From: Gordius albopunctatus
Lineage: Eukaryota
Length of the DNA stretch: 64,000 bases
Assembly (NCBI GenBank): GCA_964276515.1
Contig: OZ193909.1
Location: forward strand, 19,468,001 to 19,532,000
Direction: 5' to 3'
Shown: in pieces, positions 26,601 through 40,800 of the stretch
Layout of the letters: every line of letters begins with the position of its first letter
Position numbering within the stretch: position 1 is the stretch's first letter
Program-made: the position numbers and the translations under genes
The notes under the pieces: generated by a model
What the model saw: only the letters and a program-made list of their open reading frames with translations
Databases searched by the model: none
Told to the model about the DNA's origin: nothing

Positions 26601-27624
26601 ATAGGCTAGTTAAATTCAGTAAAAGCGGGCTCTTAGATATTGCAGCGGACAAGGGAAGGGTATGAAAGGCATTCTGGTGGTTGCGGCTAAATCTCAGTTA
26701 ATGAAAAAGGAACGAAACATCTGCAAATTACTCAAGGCCTTGACCTAGCTATTAGAGAACCTTTTTAAAATGTAATGATAACATTTTATAACGTACTGAA
26801 GGGGTAGCCGTGGCACTAAGTTCAATTCAACACTTGTAAAAAAATTCATCTTTATAATGATAAAATTTTAAATTAGACTGAGATCGACCTGCACAGGCTC
26901 TTGGTAATTAGCTATATAACAAGGGGCAGGGCACAAGGTACAAAGAGTAGCCGCTAAAATATAATAGAGGAGACCAAAAGTGCCTGAAAATATTAGGATG
27001 AAATAACGAGTATTGCTGAAAGATTCTCGTATGATAGTCAGTAAAATCTTTTGACTTTTACATTGAAGACAACGGGTCAATCCTTATCGGTAAAAACCTG
27101 TATATTAGAGGAATTTTCAATAGGTCGTCGTAGTGTATAAAAAGAGATAAAGGATTGAAAAAAGTTTGGAATACAAGTAATGATGGTAATAACATGCAAG
27201 CTTCCCAAATAGCTATAGTATGGGTCATAAGATGCGTAGCAAAAGCTAAAACAAAGTGTACAAAAATGTTAATGAAAACTGAAATGTAAATGCATATAAA
27301 AAAATCAGCATTCATTCAAACTGCCTAAAGCCTGTTGAAGAAATTAATGTCGTAGGGTTAAAAAATGTTTCTCAGCAAAAAACCTATGCATTATAAGGGT
27401 TGTAGTTATTGCGTAAAATGATCAACTTTGGCCGTTCCTTTAGCAACTAATCTGAATTCGTATAATTTTCTCAACGCTACCACCGATCTGAATCTTTGCC
27501 ACAAACCTCGATTTCTTTTCGCATATACATCTATTCTTTCTCCTCCCCATTATGAGCTTGTAATGCTTTTCTTGAAAATTTTCTAAGTCCTTATCATGCG
27601 TTTTAATATTTTATGCCTAATTAG

Positions 27625-29560
27625 CCCAAGAAACTTCTTCCTCTTTATCAAGTATTTTGTCCCACAGTCGAAATGTTTATTTTGATGAGTTTCTTCTATC
27701 TTGATCGGGTACAATGCTTTGATTAATCTTTTTAGATTTTATAACTCCTTGCCCTTTCCACGTGACATGATGTCGTCCTCTTCATCTCCTACCCGGCAGC
27801 TCCATTTTCAATACTTTGATATTTACATCATTCTTACCACACCACATTATCCGATTTTATTTAATCATGTTCGCCATAGCTTGAATACTCATTTTTGGCA
27901 TAGTTCATGCGTCATATAGTGGAATTCACCGTCTTTCATCTCCGTGGCTTGCAATAACTTTTCTTTCGTTGTGTTTAATGCCCATGTTTCACTTCCATGA
28001 CTACGATGGATTTGTAAGCTTTGCTCTTGAACCATATTAGTATTTTCTTGTCACACATTACACCGGATATACTTCGCCATTTAAGCCATCCTTTTTGGAT
28101 CCGGGCATTAACTTCTGTTGTACAACCTCCATCTTGATATAGCATCGAGCCGAGGTATGTGAACCTGTCTACTTTTGGGTACTTTAGATGGTCATCTAGC
28201 GATGGGATGCCTGTACCATTCATTTCCATGTATACAGTTTTTCTATCGTTGACCTTTAAACCATATCCAGCTAAGCGCTTTGACCATTTTTCGGCTTCTT
28301 CGAATACTTTCTCCTTGTTTCCTCGCATAGTACTATATCATCGGCATATAGCATACACCATGGCGAAGGCTTTTGAACGTCCCTCGTTATCGTGTCTATA
28401 ATTATATTAAATAAAAAGGGAATTAAAGCAGAGCCTTGATGTAATCCAATATTAACCCGAAAAGGTTTAGAGTCTCCAACTGTCGTCCTAACGCAAGAGT
28501 TTTAAGCTTCATAAATATTTTTCATAAGCCGTATATATGCGTCAGGGATATTTTGTTTCCTCAGGCACGACCATATTAAGTCGCGGGAGACCGTGTCATA
28601 AGCTTTCTCCAAGTGGATAAAAACCATATTTAGGTCTTTCCTCTTTTCACCATACATATCCATCATTTGTCTCAGGGCGAAGATTGGGTCGATTGTGGAT
28701 TTGCCGGCCACGAATCCGAATTGATTAGCCGATATTTCCACCTCGCTTTTCAGCCTTGTTACTAAGATCCTTTCCAAAAGCTTCAAGGAGTGGCAAGTTA
28801 GGTTGATACCTCTGTAATTGCTGCAGTCCTGAGGGTCTCCTTTGCATTTAAATAATGGTATAATCGTGCTTGCTCTCCATTGATTAGGGATTCGCTCTTC
28901 TACCAATATCTTGTTAAGGAGGTTCGTCATGGTGGTGACTCCTTCTTCACGACATCCGAGCAATGCTTCCATAGGTATTCCATCTGGACCATTTGCTTTT
29001 CCTTTTTGCATCTTGTTCATTTGTGTCCTAACTTAATCCTCCTGAAAGAGTTCGACCATATTTATATTTTTCTCAATTTCGGGAAGGGAATCCTTGTCGT
29101 TTGCAATATTCATAAGTTTCTTAAAATATCCTTTCCACCTTTCCATCACTTCTTACGGCTTGGATAAGGTTTGACCTTCTCGCTTTTGACTATTTTAAGA
29201 ACTTCGACATCGCGACTTTTCTTCTCCCTTATCCTGGCCAATTTGTATATAAGCCTATCGCCCCCTTTATGATGCAGTTTGTTTGCCATCTCGGTGTACG
29301 CGGTAATCTTCGCTTTTGCAACGGCCTTTTTTGCGGCCCTCTTTGCGTACCTGTAATCTTGATACTCCTCCGACTTTTTTGATTTATGCCATCGTCTATA
29401 TAGATTTTTCTTTCTTTCGATGAAATCTTTAACCGATTGATCCCACCACCATAGTTCCCTATTAATAGCTTTGACGAATCGCTGTTTCCTTAATGTCCTT
29501 AGATAGCGTCTCCCAATCGTCGTCTACGTCCCTTTGCAACTTCCATGCACCCAAGAGTTA
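27625..29560 (-). mobile_element. RTE-clade LINE (RT region, disrupted)
   Basis: ORFs 28502-29020 (GKANGPDGIP, CSNYRGI, QFGF, FIHLEKAYDTV) and 27975-28328 (FTYLGS, EVNARIQKGWLKWR). GAA-rich 3' tail near 27635. Confidence 0.88.
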
Positions 29561-30469
29561 GCAGGGTTTTTGATGGTATTCTTTGTTCGTCGACGTATCC
29601 TTTAGCCTTTCGTATCGAATTCGAGGTTCATAGACCTTTCTTCTTTAGGGATATGCTCTTCTGTAAAGATCCATAATAAAAGTTATCTTACTCATAATAA
29701 TGCAACTTGGATAGATTGGGTATTATTTCTCAAACCATCATTAAATGACCTAAAAAGATGTCCTCTCCTATATCAACTTTCTCACCCACGAGAATCTTAT
29801 TACCTGGTGGCCGATCGCAATTCTAATTAAAGATGTCATTTTATTCATATCAACACCCTACTCAACAATCACTCAACCACCATCACTTACAGAACTACCA
29901 CTAAATAAAAAATCTTATCCTACAAATTAAAATCTCATTCTTTTTAAAGGGGGAGTATCTGTAGTAAAACTATTAAATGTTGAGTTCATTTACATCGAAA
30001 GAGATTTTGTAGGGATACGCACAAAGGACCAAAAGGCTCAGAATTTGTTCCTTGGGAAGGGCCCTTGGGGCCCAGTTTTTGTCGTTCGGAGGGATTCGGC
30101 CCCCAAGCCCCCCCCCCCCAACTACGTCACTGCTCACAAGGTTAAAAGAGAAAAAATAGGTGAGTAGAATTAAATTTTAATTTTTATTGTAACTAACAAC
30201 ACTTAACTCATATATAAATGCGCGTAATATATATATTCCTTACTGCTGTTATGATTCGATATAATAAAATACACTCCCAACCCTTTTTAATATAACTCAT
30301 TGGTTTTTGTTTTTGAAGCCGAGAGTGTTGCCCCTCTAAAAAACTCTAATATTTTATTTATAAATCATTCTAAACTAGATGTAAAATATTTGTTATAACA
30401 TTTGTTGATATATTCTTTTGCGTAACCAATTAGCCCCTATTATTTTTCGCACACGTGTATTTTATTACG

Positions 30470-33400
30470 ATGTTCCTTTACTTATTGATATCGATATTTT
30501 CTTTAACCACCAGTGATTATGTTATTAATAATGCAGTGAGAAACATAGACTTAAAAGGTCAAGTAGTAAGGAAAATAACCGAATTAAGCGTTGAATGTCA
30601 AAATTCAAATTGTGATGAATTTATCTACTCAATTAAAAAAGGGGAGGATACTCATGTAGCTTATATTTCTGCTAAAGTAACAAAATATTAAAAATATTGA
30701 ATATACTCCTACAGATTAAAGGAGCTGATGGAAAGGAAACTTTATTACCTTTAGTTAGTGAACACAAAAATCTACAAGGGTAAAATTACTTATATCTATA
30801 TATACTATATGTCTTATAATCAATTTTTATAGAGAAGGCAGTGTTGCTATCTATAAGTTGGATATTAAAAAAATTCCTGACAGCATTCAGTACAGAAAAC
30901 CAGGCAGCACATTTACCATAAAATTTACTGAAAGTCTTATTCACATCTTACAACCATATCCTGACAAGATAAAACAGGCTGAAAAGCAATTATTACTTTA
31001 TAAAGATAATGCATTTTTATGGTCTCCTTATAAAATTAAAAAGCAAACAACTTTAATTAAATTTCCTTCTGCCCGAATTGAGCCATATACCATTATAAAA
31101 GATGCAACTAAATTAGTTGACAAGCTAAAATTGCAATATGGATCATTTGAAAATATATCTCCCTACTCATCCGTAATTTATAATAAATTCCGCATTAACT
31201 TTAATAATTTATAGCATGATATAGCTGTCCACTATGAATTTAATGCCCCTCTATTGACTGTTACAAATCTTAAACGGGTTATTGAAGTATCACATTGGGG
31301 AAACATTGCTGTTGAAGAAAAAATAGACATTGAAAATTTTGCAGCCAAATTGACTGGTCCTTTCTCAAGGTTTGAATTTCAACAACCTGGTGGAGAATCT
31401 CCCGTAGCTGTTGTGTCTTATCAAGTACTAAATTTTGCAATTAATATTATTTAAATTATATTAGTTTATTTGCTGTTATAATACTTCATTTAATTTATTC
31501 AAATTGTTGATTTTGTTTTGTTATCTTTGCATTTAGACAATACTTCCTGCATCAGCCAATGGGATATACTATAGAGATGAAATTGGTAATATATCTACTA
31601 GCAATGTCTTAGATCATGGTAATGCCAAAGAAGTTCTTATTAAACCGAGGTTTCCTCTGTTTGGGGGTTGGAAAACTAAATATACCCTCGGTTACAACGT
31701 TCCCATCTACGAATACTTATCTAATTCTGGTTAGTTTTATACTAAGCGTATTTAAGTTAAAATTTATAAAACACCTTTATGTTACTTTATTTAGTCTCAT
31801 GATTTATATGATACTTTTGTACTCTATAATGTTTATTGAAATTTAATTTGTAGGTATTAATTGGCTTTGAATATTAAATAGTTTTTAGCCCTGTTTGATT
31901 TAATCTGTATAAATCAATTTCAGGTTCCAAGTATGAACTAAAAGTACGCTTCATAGATCACATATACCATGATGAAGTCATTGATAAAGCTAACATTCAA
32001 GTTATACTACCAGAAGGCTCAAAGTAACACTCCCTAACTAAAACATTCCATTTATTTTTATCTTTTACGAACCTTACTTTAAAAATTGTCAAAAATGATC
32101 TTCAAAATTTAACACTAGGTTGCTTTGGTTCTTGGGAACTTTAGCTAGCTAGCTATACTATGTTGTTTTACCAATTAAATCTGATACCTTTTTACGTGAT
32201 ATTTCAATATTAAAACTTTACTTTGAAATAAACAATTTGACTAGACTGCATGTGGTCTTAGGGGTTGTTGAGTATTAGAAATGCCACTGTAATAAAAAAA
32301 ATTGTTACAGTGCATACCATATGTATGTATTTGAATTTTGCAGAAATATTGAAGTAGAGGTACCCTTCAATTACGAACGTGTTAAGGATAGCAAACACTT
32401 CACCTATCTCGACACCGTGGGCAGACCTGTCATAGAATTGCACAAGGAAAACCTAGTGGATGAACACATTCAAGAATTTATTGTAAGAATTTTATTAACA
32501 AACAAACTTTTTATTTATCTCTCTTTTAAATTTAGGGGTATATTGAGCTTTGAAACATGAATGTTTTGGTATTAGGAAGAGTTTTTATTTTTATTATACA
32601 CATAAATGTGCATTTTTCACTCATTTGAACATGTATTTTATTTAGTTGATTGAGAGCTTTATTAGTCATACATTGGTGTAAAAACGGCTGGGGGTTTTAT
32701 TTGGTTTTTGTCGATTAAACATAGACAAACCTCGACCACACTAATATATAATGATATATAATCTAAACTTTTAGTTTTCGTACGGATGTGTTATTAATTT
32801 GCAATTTAATTTTTTTTACAAATTTTTGTGATTGCGATGATAAAATGAAGATAAGATTTTTCGCTACCACTATCATCACCTATTTTCGACGAAATGTTTT
32901 CTTTTTTGCAGGTCCGCTACAATTTTAACAAGATGGACATGTTTCAAGAACCCCTCTTACTGGTGGGTGCCTACTTCCTACTCTTCCTCGTAGTCATAGT
33001 TTACGTTCGCCTCGACTTCTCCATCACCAAGGTTAGTCTGTTGCCCACTGTCTGCCACCATTTTGGGGTCTGATTGAGCCCACTCACCTCAAAGTCTTAC
33101 TTAATATAAATCACATATCACCTAGACTGCTCCCGTCATGTGTTTGTTTCATGTAGAATTCCACCATTCTGGTACTTAATATAAATCACATATCACGTAG
33201 ACTGCTCATGTCATGTGTTTGTTTCATGTAGAATTCCACCATTCTGGAATTAACCATCTCCCAGGTCTTTCGAGCAAAGTTAATTTACCTTCATCATTAG
33301 TTGATAAATGAAGGAAAGAAATAAGGAAATTCAGATGGCACTAAATTGCTTTAACATCCCATCATCGCAATGTTTTTGGTATAACTAGTAGAATTCTTTT

Positions 33401-35442
33401 TTTATCGCGCTACAAAAACAATTTAATTCACCAAAATAACTATAATCTATATGTCCTTCCTTTATTTGCGCACATTTTGAAATGGCGGAAATAAGGTACA
33501 CTTAATTAAGGTCGATGAGCAGTTTATTTAGTCTATAATATTAGTATGATATCGTTATTTTTTTGACTGTCATAGCAACTCACTAGCTTTTTATAGCAAA
33601 TTTTGACTTTTAAAGCGAAATATTTACTTATACGAACCTTTTTACTATCGATTGATAAGTTGGAATCTTTAGAAGAATCTTAATTTTATTATGAGCCCCT
33701 CGGACTAGATATCAACTTGACATTTTATTTTGGGTTTTTGGCTAAAATGTGCACCTTACTTTTCATCCTATTTTGGTTACTTTTAACCATAGCCCAATAT
33801 AATACAAAGCACTGGATAGCAGTTGGCAATTATTAGTGTTGATAAAACGGTAGGGATTTTCTGCTCCATTTTTCTTAGTCGCCCACTAGATTTGGTGTCG
33901 ATCGATATATGTGGACCAAAAAATTCCAGCCGTTATAACTAATTATTACGTAAGCTAATTGACAGCCCAACTAACTAAACGCCCCCTTCATTTTGTTAAG
34001 TTACTACTAGGTGCTTGACTTAGGTAGTATGGGAAGATGATCTCTTCCTGCTCGGGCTAATATGTTTTTTCCTCCGTAATTGTTGCAATTTTAAAAAAAG
34101 TTCATCCAACATGCTGGTTTAAGTTGCTTAATGAATGAATTTTCCGAGTTTTCATCTCTATTTTCCTCTTTATTACGACCCGAACCCTTAGGACGAAGCA
34201 TCGGAAACCAAGATGAGAGCAGCTAGCCACATCGAGCAAATCAAGTATTTGCAGGAGGAGAGGATTTCCTTCTACGACTCTTACGTAGAATGCTTGACCA
34301 AATTCAAGGTTATTCTCCACTCAACGGATTTCACTTTTTGTCAACTTTTTACTGTTTTTAACCATACTTTATTCATTTTTATGTTTTTCCCCTCATGATT
34401 TGTAAGTTTAAATTCAGGTAAGTTATTATCTTTTAAAATTTGCGTTTTTCTAGATTTTGGGATAATTATATTAAGTTGAGTACTTTAGCGCTTGAAGATT
34501 TTTGTATGCTAGTTAAATTTGGGGTATGTCGCAGTGTGTTTTTATTTATCAAGACTACAATGTTATCCTTATATTTTAGGGGTATTAAAACATTTTAAGT
34601 TTTTAGTAGATTTTTCTAGCTTAATTTTTGGTTCCGATAAGAAGATTTAAGATTTTCAGGCGAATTTTTTATTTCCATTTATCTGCTGCAAAAACTATGC
34701 GTTTTAGGGTAGCAAAGATGTCAGCCTTTTCAACGCGGACCGCAAAAAGATCGAAAGTGATCTCAAAAGAATCGGTCACAAAATGACCGATATTCAAGCC
34801 CTCTTGAAGATTGACTCTCCCGATGCTGCCGATAAGGTTGTTTCACATGGTCCTTCCCTTTTTTATTGTAAAATGATATTTTAAATCTGAGACTACGCAG
34901 TATTACAAGGATAAAGGGGTTTGGGCTCTGCTGAGTCGTTTTGGGGGTTTAAAGTAGTTTTTTGAAAGACCGTTGGCTTTAGTGGACTAAACATAGGCAG
35001 CAGGGCTAAGATTTTTGGTCTGTTTTTCTTATTCGACCGTTAGTTTTAGTTGAAGCAAAGGTCTACCAAACAAATCCCCCAAGCCGTTTTTACACCACTA
35101 CTTTTACGTTTGTTTCTATCGTAAAATAAAGTTAAAATTTCCATTTTAAATTTTGGAATCTCTTCTAAGGTCTGTTAGCAATTATTTTCGAATATGAATT
35201 TCTACGTTAAAGTGGGACAAAAGGTGTAAAATATTACTGTAATACTCTGAAATATCTAGGTGTCTGAGCTGCAAAAATTGGATAGGAACTTGAAAGAACA
35301 GATGGCTGTCTGGGTGTCTAACGCGGAAAAAGTGGTTGGTAACAAAATGTCGAGGCCCATCTACTTGGACACGGAAAAAGTTTGCGTGGCTAAAAAGGAG
35401 GAAATTGTGGAAAAGATGGAAACTATCCTAAATTCCCTCTAA
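30470..35442 (+). CDS. RPN1: Ribophorin I (OST subunit 1), 11 exons: 30470-30676, 30715-30779, 30833-31172, 31215-31424, 31537-31729, 31924-32023, 32344-32482, 32912-33031, 34192-34308, 34708-34836, 35260-35442; 600 aa
   Basis: Signal peptide, [54 protein letters not shown] segment [26 protein letters not shown] and a coiled-coil tail. All introns are GT-AG and phase-compatible (1803 nt total). Confidence 0.96.
33098..33247. repeat. 75-bp tandem duplication in RPN1 intron 8
   Basis: tacttaatataaatcacatatcac...ccaccattctgg twice in tandem. Confidence 0.85.
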
Positions 35443-35514
35443 ATTTCAAGCCCACCCCTGCCTGCCTCCCCCTGTCTTTTCACTTTATTTTTAATTTTAT
35501 ATGTTATACTTGAT

Positions 35515-35952
35515 TGATAAGCATACCATCCGAATATATCAAATCTTTGATCTTACTCTTGCGATTGTGATATAATTGACTTGATATACATGTATTAGCT
35601 ATATGATATGCATACCATCCGAATATATCAAATCTTTGATCTTACTCTTGCGATTGTGATATAATTGACTTGATATACATGTATTAGCTATATGATAAGC
35701 ATACCATCCGAATATATCAAATCTTTGATCTTGCGATTGGGATATAATTGACTTGATGTACATGTATTAGCTATATGATAAGCATACCATCCGAATATAT
35801 CAAATCTTTGATCTTACTCTTGCGATTGTGATATAATTGACTTGATATACATGTATTAGCTATATGATAAGCATACCATCCGAATATATCAAATCTTTGA
35901 TCTTACTCTTGCGATTGTGATATAATTGACTTGATATACATGTATTAACTAT
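35515..35952. repeat. 89-bp tandem minisatellite, ~5 copies, directly downstream of the RPN1 stop
   Basis: Units start at 35515, 35604, 35693, 35776 and 35865. The third unit has a 6-nt deletion; the rest are nearly identical. Confidence 0.92.
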
Positions 35953-36399
35953 AACTACCCTATCATAGTTAAATGTGATTGTATTGTTTTATTATCTTTA
36001 AGATATTTAGAAAATGAAAAATGCGCACATATCAATAACTTATTACGGATAAGATATCAGGGTGGTTTGTTTAACACTATTTTTATTCCAATTATGCTAA
36101 ATTAAAGTAAATTTAACCTCGTTTGAAATCACTTTTTAATGTTATTTTATTTTAGAAAACATGTAAATCAATTAATGATCGGCGGTATTTTTTAAGCATC
36201 GACTCTTTTTTAGAATGTAGTTTAAAAGGCGATATATAAATTTGCGTTTTGGCGAAAAATGAGTTAATGAAATATTTTTAAAAAAAAGCTTTTACAAGTC
36301 AGGTTTACTATGAACAAACTATTTTTTGGTTAATAAGAGCATCTTGTGATTCGACTCAAAATTTTATTCTCGCATTATTGTTTAAAATCTAATCTATAT

Positions 36400-39053
36400 A
36401 TAAATACTCGGGCCTTCGGCCCTCGTGGGAAGGGGGAAGGGGAGGGAAGGGAGGAGGGGAAGGAAGGGGGAACTCATCTACACTCCGTATAAATGTATCA
36501 TATTTGCTATGCAATTTATGGAAATACTTACGTGAATATTGCAAAACGAAGGTTGGAAGCACTAAATAAGTGTATATGCCAAATATCATAAAGGGGGAGA
36601 GAGGGAGCGAAGGGGAAGCTTTATGGTTAGTTAAATTCTACGGGAGTTGTATTACCAAAAAGTCATAATAGCAATGGTAGGAACAGGAACAATCATAATA
36701 GTCAAAAAAAACGAAAAAAAAATTTTCGAATCACATTTTGGCCAAAGGTCATTTTTTCCATTGGTCAGCAGCCAGGACACGGTAAAAGTGGATATAAATT
36801 CATAATAGTCAAAAAAAACGAAAAAAAAGTTTTCGAATCACATTTTGGCCAATGGTTATTTTATTCCATTGGTCAGCAGCCAGCGGACGGCCAAAAGGTC
36901 ATAATATCAATGGTAGGAACAGGAACAATCATAATAGTCAAGAAAAACGGAAAAAATAATTTCGATTCACATTTTGGCCAATGGTCATTTTTTTCCATTG
37001 GTCAGCAGCCAGGACACGGTAAAAGTGGAAATAAATTCATAACAGTCAAAAAAAAACGAAAAAAAAATTTTCGAATCACATTTTGGCCAATGGTCATTTT
37101 ATTCCATTGGTCAGCAGCCAGCGGACGGCCAAAAAGTCATAATAGCAATGGTAGGAACAGGAACAATCATAATATTCAAAAAAAACGAAAAAATAAACTC
37201 GGATACACATTTTGGCCAATGGTCATTTTTTTCATTGGTCAGCAGCCAGCGGACGGCCAAAAAGTCTTATTATCAATGATAGTAACAAGAACAATCATAA
37301 GAGTCAAAAAAAACTCCGGGATTCTAACCCAAAAACTAGATAAATTGCATAGCAATTATTAAAAAGTATAGGGTAATTAATTATCAATGTTAACCTATTC
37401 AAAAACGAACAAAAAATTTTGATTTATTTGGCCAATGGTAATTTTTTTCAATTATCAATGTTAACTTATTCAAAAAGGAAAAACGAAAAATTAGGATTTA
37501 TTTGGCCAATGTTCATTTTTTCATTGGTCAGTAGCCAGCGGACGGTCAAAAAGTCATATTATCAATGGTATTAACAAGAACAAAATATTAAATTAATTAA
37601 AAAAATAAAAATTTTGCCCTCTCCGGGATTCGAACCCACATTAAATAGAGGCATAAGCCTTTGGAGGGGAACAGGGAACCATATAAATAGAGCCATAGGC
37701 CCTTGTAGGGGAGGGCATAGGGTAATTATCAATGTTAAACTATTCAAAAACGAAAAATTAAAAATTTCGATTTATCTGGCAAGTGGTCATTTTTTCATTG
37801 GTCAGTAGCCTGCGGACGGTCAAAAATTCATATTATCAATGGTATTAACAAGAACAATATATTAATTTAATTTAAAAAAAAATAAAAATTTTTGTCCTCT
37901 CCGGGTCTTGAACCATCAATTTAGAACGTTCGCCGGGATTCAAACCCACATTAAATAGAGGCATAAGCCTTTGGAGGGGAACAGGGAACCATATAAATAG
38001 AGCCATAGGCCCTTGTAGGGGACGGCATAGGGTAATTATCAATGTTAAACTATTCAAAAACGAAAAATTAAAAATTTCGATTTATCTGGCCAGTGGTCAT
38101 TTTTTCATTGGTCAGTAGCCTGCGGACGGTCAAAAAGTCATATTATCAATGGTATTAACAAGAAAAAAATATTAATTTAATTTAAAAAAAAAAAAAAAAT
38201 TTTGTCCTCTCCGGGTCTCGAACCCGCAACCTCCAGGTCGGGAAGCTGGTGTAAATAATTTGGTAGACGGACGGACGGACGGAAGCGGACGGTCAAAAAG
38301 TCATATTATCAATGGTATTAACAAGAACAAAATATTAAATTAATTTAAAAAATAAAAATTTTGCCCTCTCCGGGATTCGAACCCACATTAAATAGAGGCA
38401 TAAGCCTTTGGAGGGGAACAGGGAACCATATAAATAGAGCCATAGGCCCTTGTAGGGGAGGGCATAGGGTAATTATCAATGTTAAACTATTCAAAAACGA
38501 AAAATTAAAAATTTCGATTTATCTGGCAAGTGGTCATTTTTTCATTGGTCAGTAGCCTGCGGACGGTCAAAAATTCATATTATCAATGGTATTAACAAGA
38601 ACAATATATTAATTTAATTTAAAAAAAAATAAAAATTTTTGTCCTCTCCGGGTCTCGAACCATCAATTTAGAACGTTCGCCGGGATTCAAACCCACATTA
38701 AATAGAGGCATAAGCCTTTGGAGGGGAACAGGGAACCATATAAATAGAGCCATAGGCCCTTATAGGGTAATTATCAATGTTAAACTATTCAAAAACGAAA
38801 AATTAAAAATTTCGATTTATCTGGCCAGTGGTCATTTTTTCATTGGTCAGTAGCCTGCGGACGGTCAAAAGTCATATTATCAATGGTATTAACAAGAAAA
38901 AAATATTAATTTAATTTAAAAAAAAAAAAAAATTTTGTCCTCTCCGGGTCTCGAACCCGCAACCTCCAGGTCGGGAAGCTGGTGTAAATAACTTGGTAGA
39001 CGGACGGACGGACGGACAACCAAAAACGAGCCCATAAATTGCATAGCAATTAA
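36400..39053 (-). mobile_element. HINE/DINE-1-like element expanded by internal tandem repeats
   Basis: Subterminal inverted repeats ttgctatgcaatttatgg (36504-36521) and ccataaattgcatagcaa (39032-39049). (GTCC)n microsatellite near the 5' end and terminal hairpin gggcc-ttc-ggccc at 36410-36422. Internal ~120-bp tandem units at 36660-37310 and a 747-bp duplication (identical ORFs at 37614 and 38361). Confidence 0.75.
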
Positions 39054-39415
39054 AAGTAAAGTCTATGTATATGTGTGGGTATGTATGTAAGGGCTAAATT
39101 CTGAAACTATCGGCCCTATTCGCGCGAAAATTTACCCGTAAATGCCCAAGGCTGCCAGGGGTAAAATAGCTTTTTCAGAATCCTAAAATACCTTTTAGTT
39201 TTAAAAATATCGGACATTTATCGGCCAGTTTCATTTATAGCATCATATACAATAATGACGTCATACATACAAGGCTGAAGTTTTCTCGAATTAGATATTT
39301 AAAAGTATAATAAAAATGTTACAGTATACGGTCAAAATTATTAGTATTTAACAAACTATTTAAATTAAAAAAATAATATTTAAATTATTATCACGTGGTC
39401 GATCATGGAAGCATA

Positions 39416-39825
39416 TTAATTGCTATGCAATTTATGGGCTCGTTTTTGGTTGTCCGTCGTCCATCCACCAAGTTATTGGCGCCAGCTTTTTTTAAATTAA
39501 ATTAATATATTGTTTTAACACCATTGATAATATGACTTTTTGACCGTCCGCAGGCTACTGACCATTGAAAAAAATTACCATTGGCCAAATAAATCGAAAT
39601 TTTTTGTTCGTTTTTGAATAGGTTAACATTGATAATTACCCTATACTTTTTAATAATTGCTATGCAATTTATCTAGTTTTTGGGTTAGAATCCCGGAGTT
39701 TTTTTTGACTCTTATGATTGTTCTTGTTACTATCATTGATAATAAGACTTTTTGGCCGTCCGCTGGCTGCTGACCAATGAAAAAAATGACCATTGGCCAA
39801 AATTTGTATCCGAGTTTATTTTTAT
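39416..39825 (+). mobile_element. Partial HINE-like copy, inverted relative to the preceding one
   Basis: Starts ttaattgctatgcaatttatgggctcgtttttggttgtccgtc. 39600-39825 is the reverse complement of ~37190-37430. Confidence 0.75.
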
Positions 39826-39899
39826 GTATATAAGTTTTGATAATATAAAATGGATATCTTTAGTAAGGATCCTAGAGTCGACAAGCAGTCCCTCCCTTT

Positions 39900-40800
39900 G
39901 GCTGTCATAGTTCCATCTTGAGGATGCAACTATTTGCGGGACTTATTACTCATAAACCTGTGTTAAATATTTTTCAACTCCACCGTCGTGCGTCAAAACT
40001 TTACTAGTTCTCCATAATGCATTTTTAGGTTAAAAAACTTTCTGCATTTATCTAAATTTAGTATTCGCGCACCTCTCGTATATTATAACATGAACCCCCT
40101 GACGTTATTTATAAGAGGATACAATCGCAACTCATTAGGTGCCCAAATCTTAAATTTAGAGAAACCGACCTCAATTAAAATCAATTTCATCATCTCATCC
40201 CCTATTTCAACATAGTTTCGTCAAACAAATATCTTTGAACCTATAATGAAACCTCGACAGCGCATTTAAAGTATGGGATTCAAGCATGAGCGGATCCATT
40301 TGATTGCTATGGCTTATCTGTATCTTTTGGCCCTATTTCTTATAATTTAGCTAAATTCCGCGTACTTTGGACCAGGGTTAATCTATTGCTTAGACCACAC
40401 TAATTCAAACAATTTATACTTGTTAAGCGAGAAACTTCTCATGGCAGTAGCCCTGTATCATGGTTGTAAATATTTTATCTCCCTTCCTTTGCAACCTTTG
40501 TTGAAAGTTTTATCGTGACCTGAATGTTTATGGAATTTCACAATCGTTAATGTTTATGCAAAATCAAACAGCTCTCTTGACGTTATTTTTCAGCTTAAAA
40601 AATACGATTGTCTTCGTTCTAGTTGTCGTTAAGAACCTCGGAATTTTAATTAAACGTTAGCCATCCTGAATCAAATATCCAAATCCATCACAGATAACAT
40701 TTTTGACCTCTCATAAGAAGATAATTACAATCGATTATTAGGATTCACTTCATGGATCTATGCCGATTGATAATATAATGTATTTAACACAGTCTTTTTT
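39900..40800 (+). mobile_element. Highly decayed LINE 3' remnant (L2/CR1-like)
   Basis: Only short remnants are visible, e.g. AHLKYGIQA* near 40260, resembling the post-RT 'L.YG...W' motif. Weak. Confidence 0.35.

Noticed and set aside
35515..35952. 89-bp repeats as a CRISPR or RNA gene cluster
   Set aside because: Head-to-tail near-identical units with no spacers and no recognisable RNA-gene motifs.
37614..38555. Duplicated 64-aa ORFs and tRNA-like GGTTCGA motifs as genes
   Set aside because: They are products of the 747-bp duplication in the HINE-like element; only a T-arm-like fragment is present, with no full cloverleaf.
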